NCBI GenBank assembly: GCA_018968925.1
Contig: JAGWZI010000003.1
Location: forward strand, 1-42,169
Source of the DNA: Patescibacteria group bacterium
Lineage (GTDB): Bacteria > Patescibacteriota > Minisyncoccia > Phycocordibacterales > GWA1-40-21
Direction of reading: 5' to 3'
Length of the DNA stretch: 42,169 bases
Positions within the stretch are counted from its first letter, which is position 1. Each line of letters starts with the position of its first letter. This document shows positions 34,524 to 42,169 of this stretch, piece by piece. Both the position numbers and the translations under genes were made by a program. The notes under the pieces are model-generated. The model did no database searches. It saw only the letters and a list, made by a program, of their open reading frames with translations, and was not told the DNA's origin.

Positions 34524-35600
34524 CTATGAATGGGTGCTTGAACCGTAGATTTCCTGGGTCGTGTAATAGCCGTCTTTGATGACCGTATCGGCGATATTGT
34601 CTTTGGTGACGATTTCGACGGACGGCAAAAGAACCGATGGCACGTCGAGAACCCCGTTATTGACCGGAGTCGTTGTGGCCGACAGCGGCTCGCCTTTCGC
34701 AAGCTCGATGGCGGCGGCGACGGCCGCGGCGTCTTCCTCGACGATCGGTTTGTACACCGTCGCGGCCTGCGTGCCAGCGATGATGCGCTGGAGTGCTGAT
34801 ATCTCGGCGTCCTGACCGGAGACCGGGACTTTGCCGTCGAGGCCGTGCTCATGCAGAGCCTCGATCGAGCCGAATGCCGTGCCGTCGTTCGCCGCCACGA
34901 CGCCGTCGACGGCGCCCGACGCATCGAGATACGCCTTCAGGTTCTTGTACGCGTTCTCCGGATTCCAGTTCGGCGTGAATTTGTCAAGAACAATCTTGAT
35001 CTCTCCCTTGTCGATGAGCGGCTGGAGCACCTTGAAAGCGCCCTGCTTGACGAGAATGGCATTGTTGTCGGTCAGCGATCCGCCGATGTAGGCGATGGCG
35101 AGCGGCTTCCCCTTGCCAAGCTTGCCGGACAGAGCGTTCACGACCGATTGCGCTTCATATTCGCCGATCTTTTGATTGTCGAACGAAACATAGAGATCGA
35201 TCGGGGTGTTTGTGATGAGCCGGTCGTAGGAAATGACTTTGATGCCGGCCTTGTGCGCGTCATTCACCACGGATGTCAAGCTTGTCGCATCGTACGGCGC
35301 GATCACAAGGATGTTCACGCCTTTGACGATCATCCCCTCGATCTGCGACACTTGGGTCGCGACGTTGTTTTCCGACGATTCCACGTCGACCACGGCTCCC
35401 AGGGCGTTCGCCTGCTTCACGAATTCGTCGCGATCGCGCTGCCAGCGCTCTTCCTGCAGAGTGCCGAGCGAGAAACCGATAAGAAGGCCGTCACCGGGGC
35501 CCTTTTTCTGAACCGGAACAAGCTGATGCCCCATGAAAAATACCGCGACTCCGAGCGCAATAACGATGATGACCGCACTTGCAATGAAAAATTTTTTCAT
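34524..35600 (-). CDS. XylF/ChvE-type sugar-binding protein, N-terminally anchored
   Basis: LQEERWQRDRD, GIKVISYDRLI, YVSFDN, GSLTDNNA, VAANDGTA, VSGQDAE, TVYKP match D-xylose-binding proteins; the ligand is inferred. Confidence 0.88.
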   Translation of the reverse strand: MKKFFIASAVIIVIALGVAVFFMGHQLVPVQKKGPGDGLLIGFSLGTLQEERWQRDRDEFVKQANALGAVVDVESSENNVATQVSQIEGMIVKGVNILVIAPYDATSLTSVVNDAHKAGIKVISYDRLITNTPIDLYVSFDNQKIGEYEAQSVVNALSGKLGKGKPLAIAYIGGSLTDNNAILVKQGAFKVLQPLIDKGEIKIVLDKFTPNWNPENAYKNLKAYLDASGAVDGVVAANDGTAFGSIEALHEHGLDGKVPVSGQDAEISALQRIIAGTQAATVYKPIVEEDAAAVAAAIELAKGEPLSATTTPVNNGVLDVPSVLLPSVEIVTKDNIADTVIKDGYYTTQEIYGSSTHS

Positions 35601-35636
35601 TTGTGATGAAAATGGGGCTGATAAAAAAACGGGCTC

Positions 35637-37118
35637 TTACGTCTCCAACTTTTTTGAGATGAGCAAGATGGGCATGAGCATCACGAGCATGATGAGCGTG
35701 ACGGTGATGAGCGTTAGGCGGTTTGCCGCGTTTGCGATATCAACGATATCCTGTTCGGATTCAGCCGAAGAGATCATGCCGACGATCTTGCCGTCGGCGT
35801 TCGCAAGCGGCAGGAAACTCGCATAGAATGGCTTGCCAAAAATATCCGTCGGCCCGCTCCACGGCGCGCCGGAAAACACGGTTGCGGCAATATTCGGATC
35901 GACGGGCGTTCCGACGAGCCGCGTCACGCCGTCCGTGTCGAAAAGCGTGCTTGCGACCGAGGTGGTCCCGTCGTACACGAACATGTCAAGACCGGTAAGC
36001 GCATGCAGACGGTCGGCAAAAACGTTGTCGAGCGGAAAACCAGCGATGACCGTGCCGATGATGCGGCCGCTTCCGTCGCGTACGGATGCGCCGGCCCGGA
36101 TCGAAAATCCCTCGACCGGACTTTCCGCGATCGTCGCGATCGAATTGCCGTTTGCAGCCTCTTCGAATGCGTGGTCATCGGCGAGCGAATCGCCGAGGCG
36201 GGACAGCGCATGCGCCCGGACAAGCACCGTGCCACCCGCGTCGGTGACGGTAAGGAATCCGAGGTTGTACGAACCGAGATACCGTTCGGCGATCTGATCG
36301 AGCGACACCATGTCAGACTTCGCGACGGCGCGGGCAAGCGATCCATCCGCGGCGATAAGGCCGGCTTTTGCGAGCGATTCCTGTTCCCATGCGCCGATCG
36401 AGAGGTTCATGACTTTGACGTTCGTCAGGAGATTTGCCGACGTATCGGTGCTCACGCGAGCAGAAAGAATCGTCGAAAACGCGAGCGTGATGACGGTCGC
36501 AAGGATGAACGTCGTACCGACCGCGATCATGACGAAGCTCTCGCTGAGGCGCAAACGCATGAACTGCCATATCCACGTGCCGAGCGCGACCGATGCAGCA
36601 AGCTCACCCGCGAGGCTGATCAAAGAAGGCGCGCCGAGCATGCTTCCCCCGAACGCGGCGAACAGTACGGCGATGCCGAAAAGAAAGCACGCGGCGGAAA
36701 ACGGCAGCCAGGTGCGGTTATATTCCCTCTTGGCCTGCCGGTAGGAAAGATAGGCGATGAAAAAGAGCACCGCCGCGCCGGCGATGAAAAATCTGCCGGC
36801 GACGGCGGAAAATGCCGGAATGACGATGACCGCGTTCGCAACGAGATCCTTCTTCTCGAGGAAACTTGCGGCAAGAATGATGAGTCCGGCAAAAAAGAAT
36901 ATGAGACCGATATATAAAAGAATGTCGCTCGTGCCTCCGAGGATGTAGAAAATGTTCCAAACAGCCTCGAGCGAAAGGCCGATCGTCCGCAGCAGGACGG
37001 CGTGTTCCCTGCCGAGACGGTAGGCGTCGAACGACAGCCACGCCGCCATGAGCAACATGATGGCGCTGATCATACCGACGGCGAAGCTCAGATTGTTGAC
37101 GAGAAAATATGCGGTCAT
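35637..37118 (-). CDS. Multi-TM protein with Cache-type domain and no cytoplasmic output
   Basis: About 7 N-terminal TM helices; FLTVTDAGGTVLVRAH..GDSL..IRAGASV..IIGTVIAG..FYASFLPL..GKIVGMI double-Cache-like domain; ends about 5 aa after the last TM. Confidence 0.75.
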   Translation of the reverse strand: MTAYFLVNNLSFAVGMISAIMLLMAAWLSFDAYRLGREHAVLLRTIGLSLEAVWNIFYILGGTSDILLYIGLIFFFAGLIILAASFLEKKDLVANAVIVIPAFSAVAGRFFIAGAAVLFFIAYLSYRQAKREYNRTWLPFSAACFLFGIAVLFAAFGGSMLGAPSLISLAGELAASVALGTWIWQFMRLRLSESFVMIAVGTTFILATVITLAFSTILSARVSTDTSANLLTNVKVMNLSIGAWEQESLAKAGLIAADGSLARAVAKSDMVSLDQIAERYLGSYNLGFLTVTDAGGTVLVRAHALSRLGDSLADDHAFEEAANGNSIATIAESPVEGFSIRAGASVRDGSGRIIGTVIAGFPLDNVFADRLHALTGLDMFVYDGTTSVASTLFDTDGVTRLVGTPVDPNIAATVFSGAPWSGPTDIFGKPFYASFLPLANADGKIVGMISSAESEQDIVDIANAANRLTLITVTLIMLVMLMPILLISKKLET

Positions 37119-37137
37119 CTCTTTCTATTATATCGCA

Positions 37138-37710
37138 TCACTGTTTGACGAGATTCTCTATCTTGTCCACAAGCGCGCTCCTGCCAAGGACGCCCGCGGA
37201 GACGTCGCGGATGACGCCCGAGCGGTCGATGAAGTACGTTTCCGGCAGTCCCGTCACCCGGTAATTTTCCGTCACGGCGCCCGACGAATCGAGCGCGAAC
37301 GGAACGTTGTAGCCGCTCCGGCGGGCAAGCGAAAGGGCGACGCTCGGGTCTTCTTCCGAATCGATCGCGAGGAACGAGACGAGCGGCGCGGCCGCGTCGG
37401 GATTCGCGCGGTAATCGCTCACGATTCGCAGTTCGTCAAGCGACGGCTGGCTCCAGCTCGACCAAAAAATAAGAACGAGTGGCTTGCCGGAAAATCCGGA
37501 CAATGAAACCGAATCGCCGCTCGCGCCGAGCAGATTGAATGACGGCGCCGCGCTTCCGACGAGGCTCGCATCCGTCGAAGTCGCCGCCGCGGCAGGTGCG
37601 CCGCGCGAACCGGTGATGACCGGGATCGCCTGCTTGCCCGATATGTATGCGATAAAAAACACCGCGGCAATGATCGCGGCGGCGGAAGCGATAAGTCCGG
37701 TGTATTTCAT
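37138..37710 (-). CDS. TlpA/ResA-like thioredoxin-fold protein lacking catalytic cysteines
   Basis: TM; AAPSFNL..GKPLVLIFWSSWSQPSLDEL..YRVTGLPETYFIDRSG; no Cys in the protein. Confidence 0.85.
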   Translation of the reverse strand: MKYTGLIASAAAIIAAVFFIAYISGKQAIPVITGSRGAPAAAATSTDASLVGSAAPSFNLLGASGDSVSLSGFSGKPLVLIFWSSWSQPSLDELRIVSDYRANPDAAAPLVSFLAIDSEEDPSVALSLARRSGYNVPFALDSSGAVTENYRVTGLPETYFIDRSGVIRDVSAGVLGRSALVDKIENLVKQ

Positions 37711-37746
37711 GACGATTGGTTGCGCTCGCGCTTGGTATTCTTGAGA

Positions 37747-38178
37747 CTACTTTTTCTTGCCGCCCGTAGCTTGCGTTCCGGCGGAAGCGGTGGAAGTTGC
37801 GGAAGCCGGCACGGCGGCGGACCCTGCGCTGTTCACGTCGAACGGTCCGACATTGACGATCTGATTCTGCATCGGATTATAGAGCACCGCCTTTTTCTCG
37901 GTATAATAGAGGAGCACGTAATCTCCCGCTCGCGCATTGGCGAAAAACGGCTGGTCGGCAAGCTGCGACGGATCGGTCACTTTGACGACAGAGGGCGTTT
38001 CGCCTTCCGGCAGGACGATGAGTTTGCTCGCCGCCCGGATGATGGCGTTTGCCTGGTCTTGCGCCGCCTGCTGGGGATTCGAAGAGAGAGCCGACAGCTT
38101 TCCATACAAAACGACGGATGCCGTTATCGACCCGGCAAGAGCGATGCAAAGAACGGCGATGAGAATGTTCTTTTTCAT
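37747..38178 (-). CDS. Hypothetical membrane-anchored protein
   Basis: TM, then LIVLPEGETPSVVKVTD..QPFFANARAGDYVLLY..KAVLYNP. Confidence 0.75.
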   Translation of the reverse strand: MKKNILIAVLCIALAGSITASVVLYGKLSALSSNPQQAAQDQANAIIRAASKLIVLPEGETPSVVKVTDPSQLADQPFFANARAGDYVLLYYTEKKAVLYNPMQNQIVNVGPFDVNSAGSAAVPASATSTASAGTQATGGKKK

Positions 38179-38218
38179 ATGGCTGTAGTATATCTGTTCC
38201 GCGAAAACAGCGCAATGA

Positions 38219-41200
38219 CTAGAGGGAATACTTGAAGAAATCGATGACGGGTCCGATCCATTTCATGAGGCCAGTCGAGGACGGAAGGAGAAAAGATGCG
38301 TTCACGATGCCGGAGCGACTGAGCGATACCACCTCTTCCTCCGTCCGGTAACCGAAGCCGCTCGCAATGATGCGGTACGCGCCTGCGCGCAGGATGAGAC
38401 GGTAGGTACCGCTCGCATCGGATGCGACCGATGCGAGCGCACCGTACTGCCCCGTCGCCGGATCGAGCCTGAGAATGCGAAGGCGGATGTTCGCAAGCGG
38501 CAGAATGCCGGACGGCGTCTCGGAACCGACAAATCCTTCCTCATGCGGCTCGATCGTGCCGATCCGCTTGTTCGAGACCGCATTGCCCGCGCGGTCGCGC
38601 GCGCTGAGAGCAACGCTCGCCGTCGCGTCGATGCCTGCTTGCACATCGGTCTTCCAGAGGCCGTCCGTCTGGTCGAGCGACAGCGGAACGATCGTCGTGC
38701 CGAGCGAGAGCGATGCGGAAACGGCATCGTTTGAAAGCGATACGGCGAAGAAGAACGGCTTGCCGCGATAAATGCCGATCGTTCCGGATTCGTCGGGATC
38801 AAGTTCCGTTCCGTCCTCGGTCGCGAAGAAACCACCGATATGCGGCGCTGTCGTATCGACCGTGATGTCTTTCGAAACGACATCGGAACGGTTCCCCGCT
38901 TCGTCGACCGCGCGGACGGAAATAGTGTACATGCCGTCGGCAAGCGCCCCGGGATACGCGATGGAAAACGTCCGGTCACTGCTGCCCGGCTCGCCGCCCG
39001 TCACCGCCTCGTACCATTCGCCGGGACTTCCGCCAGCCGGCGTGACGGAAAATTCGACGGCGGCGATGCCAGAAAGTGAATCATGCGCACTGCCGGATGC
39101 GATGAAGCTTTTTCCGGCCGGCGCCGCAGCGAACCGCAGGACGGCGGGCGGTGTGCGATCGACCGAAAAACCGATGACCGATGTGCTCGTCGCGATGCCG
39201 TCCGCCGCAACGATCCGCAGCCGATAGCCCGTCGATTCGGGAAGAGCGGAAAAATCAAACGGTGCGGTACCGCTCGCAGCGGCATTCTCGACGATCGTCC
39301 GGAACGGTCCGTCGGGAGCGCTGTAGCTTATCGTAATACTGGTCGTACTCCGGCTCTCGACGCGCCATGCGAGAAAGCTTTCCCCCGAAAGGCCGCCGAG
39401 CGACTGAGGATTGACAAAGGTGATGACCGGCGGATCGTCATAAGTCACGGAAAACGCCGCCGGCGAACTTGTGTTACCCGCTTCGTCCGTCGCAAAAAGC
39501 GAAAATGTCTGGTTTCCCCGCGCGAGCGTCACGTCATGGAACGCAAACGTCCCGTCCGGCAACGCGACGGCCGTGGTCGTGCCGGACACTCCCCTGAGCG
39601 AAACGATGCTGCCAGCTTCGGCGGTGCCCGCGATCGTGATCTGCACGCCGGGCACGGCCGGATCCTCGTCGTCCGCGGTGGTTACGAGGGATCCGTCGGT
39701 CGGCGTTTTGGTGACAGGCGGCGCGGGCGGCGTGCGGTCGATGATGAGCGCGTGGCTCGCCCGGCCGGTCAGACCATGGTTGTCTTTTATGACGAATTGG
39801 ATCTGATGGACGCCTTCGGAAAGATTTTGCAGACTGAAAGAGAAATTCTGTTCCGGTGCGCGCGAAAGCTTGAAGGGAATGCTGGTCCACGTCGAAGCGC
39901 CGTCCGCCGCATAGAGAACGCTCCCCACGTATGTTCCCGCCGGAGCATTCGGTGCGACAAACGCGTGTCCGGCAACCGTGGCGATCGCATCATGGGTCGC
40001 CGTCACCCTGCCGTCATCGAAACGCGCATACGGCGCGGTATTCTGGACAATGATGCGTACCGGCGACGTCGTAGCCGACAAGATGCCGTCGGAAACGATC
40101 GCCCGGATCATATAGTCGCCGTTGTCCGCTTCGGTGCTGTCCCAGGCATACGCGGCGTCGCCAAGATGATCGGCGACCGTCGTCCATGCCGCAGTGGAGC
40201 TTGCGGAAAGGTACCCCTGGAGAGGCGTTATCTGATAGGTATAAGAGAGGAGATTCTGGTTTTCCGACGAGGCGTCGGCCCTGAGCCGTGCCGTGCCTGA
40301 AAGATAGCTGCCATCGGCCGGCTCGGCAAGACTCGCGGACGGAGGGATTTCCCAGACGATGACGGCGTCCGCCGATGGTCCGATCGAATCGAACGCGTCC
40401 GCCGCATAGACGCTGACGGTATTTCTGCCGTGATTGGCCCCTTTTTCAAGCGGAACGTTCGTGAATACAAAATTGCCGTTCGCGTCCGGCGTCGTCGAAG
40501 CGATAGCTGTGCCGTTCACTTTTATAAAAATGGTCGTGTCCGGACGCGCCATGCCGGCAACGGCGATCGTACCGGCCGTCACGGTCTTCTCGCCGAAACC
40601 GGACATAACGATCGGCGCAGGCGGCGGATTGAAACCGACGATGAACGTTCCGCCGGATACGGTCGTCGTGCCGGTATTGCCCGCGACATCCGTACCGGAA
40701 ACGGCGATGACCGCATTGCCGTCATAGCCCGCAAGAGTAGTATAGACGCCGTTATATATGCTGCCGCTTCCCTGCATCAAAACGGCGACTGGCGCATGGC
40801 CGCGCTGGGCGACCGTCACGGACGGCACGCCTGTGAGATCCTTCGATGCGGTGACGGTGATCGTCACGCTGCCTTTCTTGACGGCAGGCACGTCGGTCTT
40901 TACGACGAACGTGGGCGGCGTGAAATCGACGGTAAAAAGGCCAGATGCGCTTTCGGCAAAATCGCCGCCGCGATCGGTCACATCCGCGATGACGCGGTAT
41001 CCGATGCCCGGCAAGAGATTTCTGACCGGCCAGGCGTACGTGCTCGATGCCGGAAGATCTTTCTCAATCAAGACTTTGTCGGCGGAATCAACCGCCTGAC
41101 CGAACCATTCGGGAGTGGTTGTCGAATAAAAAAGCGATACCGGTAAAGGAGCGAGACCGTACTCGAGTTGTTCGCTGACCGGACCAAGATCGTTCCGATC

Positions 41201-41977
41201 AGTCGCACGATAAGCGATAAGGGTTGAGGAAGAGAATATCATTCCGTCTCTTGGAGAAAACACCTGTATGACCGGATTAAAATTCCGGGCTATCTTCAAC
41301 ATGTCGCTCGAAAACGAGAGAACAAAAACCGACGGAGGTACATAGGTGAAATTCCGATCGAACGCTTGGATCTCATACGTCACAGCATTCGTATCCGGCA
41401 GAATTTCGACCGTGCCGCACTGTACGGGTCCCGAATCGACCCCAACAACCTCGTAATACGCAATATTCGTATTGCATCCGGGAATGAACGGATTGCCGTC
41501 GAACACGGTGGAAGGCGCGATGAGCGGCAAAATGCCGCCCGAAGAATAGTGCGGCGTATCATCATATATGGTAAATGCGGCTTCCCCCGCCGGCCCGTCA
41601 TATTGCGGATCGGCGCGCATGCCGGAAAGCGTCAGATTGGCCGATGTTCCGGAACCGCCGTTCGGATCGGCGTTCGTGAATTCGACGGCGACATAATTTC
41701 CCGGCGGCTGCATGTAATTCGCCCATGTCTGTCCGCATACGTCCGCGCTGTCCACTTGCACGCCGGTATCGGCGTTGAATACGGCAAACGAACCGTCGCA
41801 ATCGAACGTCACGTTATATTCCTGGCTTAAAGCCACTGAATTCGGCGTCACGACCATATGCGCGGCAAACACCCGGGACGGGATGCCGAGCATAAAAACC
41901 GGCAAGAAAAATCCAATCGCGGTAAAGACGCTGCGGAACGACATACATCTTTTGATGCAGGTGGCGATGATTCGCAT
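38219..41977 (-). CDS. Large secreted Ig-like repeat surface protein
   Basis: Signal-like N-terminus; repeated D(F/R/T)T(P/A)P..D.AGN Big-type modules; C-terminal carboxypeptidase-regulatory-like sandwich (SDASGTYRLILRAGAYRIIASGFGY). Confidence 0.82.
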   Translation of the reverse strand: MRIIATCIKRCMSFRSVFTAIGFFLPVFMLGIPSRVFAAHMVVTPNSVALSQEYNVTFDCDGSFAVFNADTGVQVDSADVCGQTWANYMQPPGNYVAVEFTNADPNGGSGTSANLTLSGMRADPQYDGPAGEAAFTIYDDTPHYSSGGILPLIAPSTVFDGNPFIPGCNTNIAYYEVVGVDSGPVQCGTVEILPDTNAVTYEIQAFDRNFTYVPPSVFVLSFSSDMLKIARNFNPVIQVFSPRDGMIFSSSTLIAYRATDRNDLGPVSEQLEYGLAPLPVSLFYSTTTPEWFGQAVDSADKVLIEKDLPASSTYAWPVRNLLPGIGYRVIADVTDRGGDFAESASGLFTVDFTPPTFVVKTDVPAVKKGSVTITVTASKDLTGVPSVTVAQRGHAPVAVLMQGSGSIYNGVYTTLAGYDGNAVIAVSGTDVAGNTGTTTVSGGTFIVGFNPPPAPIVMSGFGEKTVTAGTIAVAGMARPDTTIFIKVNGTAIASTTPDANGNFVFTNVPLEKGANHGRNTVSVYAADAFDSIGPSADAVIVWEIPPSASLAEPADGSYLSGTARLRADASSENQNLLSYTYQITPLQGYLSASSTAAWTTVADHLGDAAYAWDSTEADNGDYMIRAIVSDGILSATTSPVRIIVQNTAPYARFDDGRVTATHDAIATVAGHAFVAPNAPAGTYVGSVLYAADGASTWTSIPFKLSRAPEQNFSFSLQNLSEGVHQIQFVIKDNHGLTGRASHALIIDRTPPAPPVTKTPTDGSLVTTADDEDPAVPGVQITIAGTAEAGSIVSLRGVSGTTTAVALPDGTFAFHDVTLARGNQTFSLFATDEAGNTSSPAAFSVTYDDPPVITFVNPQSLGGLSGESFLAWRVESRSTTSITISYSAPDGPFRTIVENAAASGTAPFDFSALPESTGYRLRIVAADGIATSTSVIGFSVDRTPPAVLRFAAAPAGKSFIASGSAHDSLSGIAAVEFSVTPAGGSPGEWYEAVTGGEPGSSDRTFSIAYPGALADGMYTISVRAVDEAGNRSDVVSKDITVDTTAPHIGGFFATEDGTELDPDESGTIGIYRGKPFFFAVSLSNDAVSASLSLGTTIVPLSLDQTDGLWKTDVQAGIDATASVALSARDRAGNAVSNKRIGTIEPHEEGFVGSETPSGILPLANIRLRILRLDPATGQYGALASVASDASGTYRLILRAGAYRIIASGFGYRTEEEVVSLSRSGIVNASFLLPSSTGLMKWIGPVIDFFKYSL

Positions 41978-42016
41978 GGTTCTATGGTTGCATGCTGTTT
42001 AGCAAAAAAATGAACG

Positions 42017-42169
42017 TCAGCGGCCAAGCTGATTGTCGACCTGCGAATACACGTACCGGGAGATGTCCGCGATCGTATTCGCCATCAGATTGAAATCGGT
42101 TCCTTGTGTCATGATGCACAAAAGGTACGGATGGTTCGGGTAGTAGACGATGCCGCAGTCGTGCAGCTC
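42017..42169 (-). CDS. Class A beta-lactamase-related serine hydrolase (C-terminal fragment)
   Basis: ELHDCGIVYYPNHPYLLCIMT..IADISRYVY* is typical of this family's C-terminus; the rest lies outside the window. Confidence 0.7.
   Translation of the reverse strand, partial: ELHDCGIVYYPNHPYLLCIMTQGTDFNLMANTIADISRYVYSQVDNQLGR

Noticed and set aside
37441-37470. Selenocysteine or recoding at the TlpA active site
   Set aside because: The codons are AGC and TCG (Ser); there is no in-frame TGA.

Overview
GC-rich bacterial chromosomal segment. Gene content and order (ybeY-ftsA-ftsZ-trxB, short ValRS, Fe-S-less MutY, PrsW, many single-TM secreted proteins) suggest a Patescibacteria/CPR (Parcubacteria-like) genome; this is inference, as there is no rRNA marker. 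The left 26 kb holds housekeeping genes (ybeY, ftsA, ftsZ, trxB, tsaD, valS, lepA), six tRNAs, a kinase/receiver pair, an ABC-2 exporter and a CsoR/P1B-ATPase copper module. The right 15 kb is one co-oriented (- strand) accessory locus: a 1252-aa Ig-repeat surface protein, a cysteine-free TlpA-like protein, an output-less multi-TM/Cache sensor, a transporter-less XylF-type sugar-binding protein, a HAMP-PAS histidine kinase, two stand-alone receivers, one secreted dockerin protein and three membrane-anchored cohesin proteins. This may be a sugar-sensed, non-cellulosomal cohesin-dockerin surface complex. Non-coding highlights are tandem mimics of the tRNA 5' end upstream of both tRNA-Val and tRNA-Phe, a ~305-nt structured RNA candidate between tsaD and valS, an anti-tRNA/duplication element behind tRNA-Gly, and pervasive leaderless-type promoters. 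All calls were made by eye without database searches.
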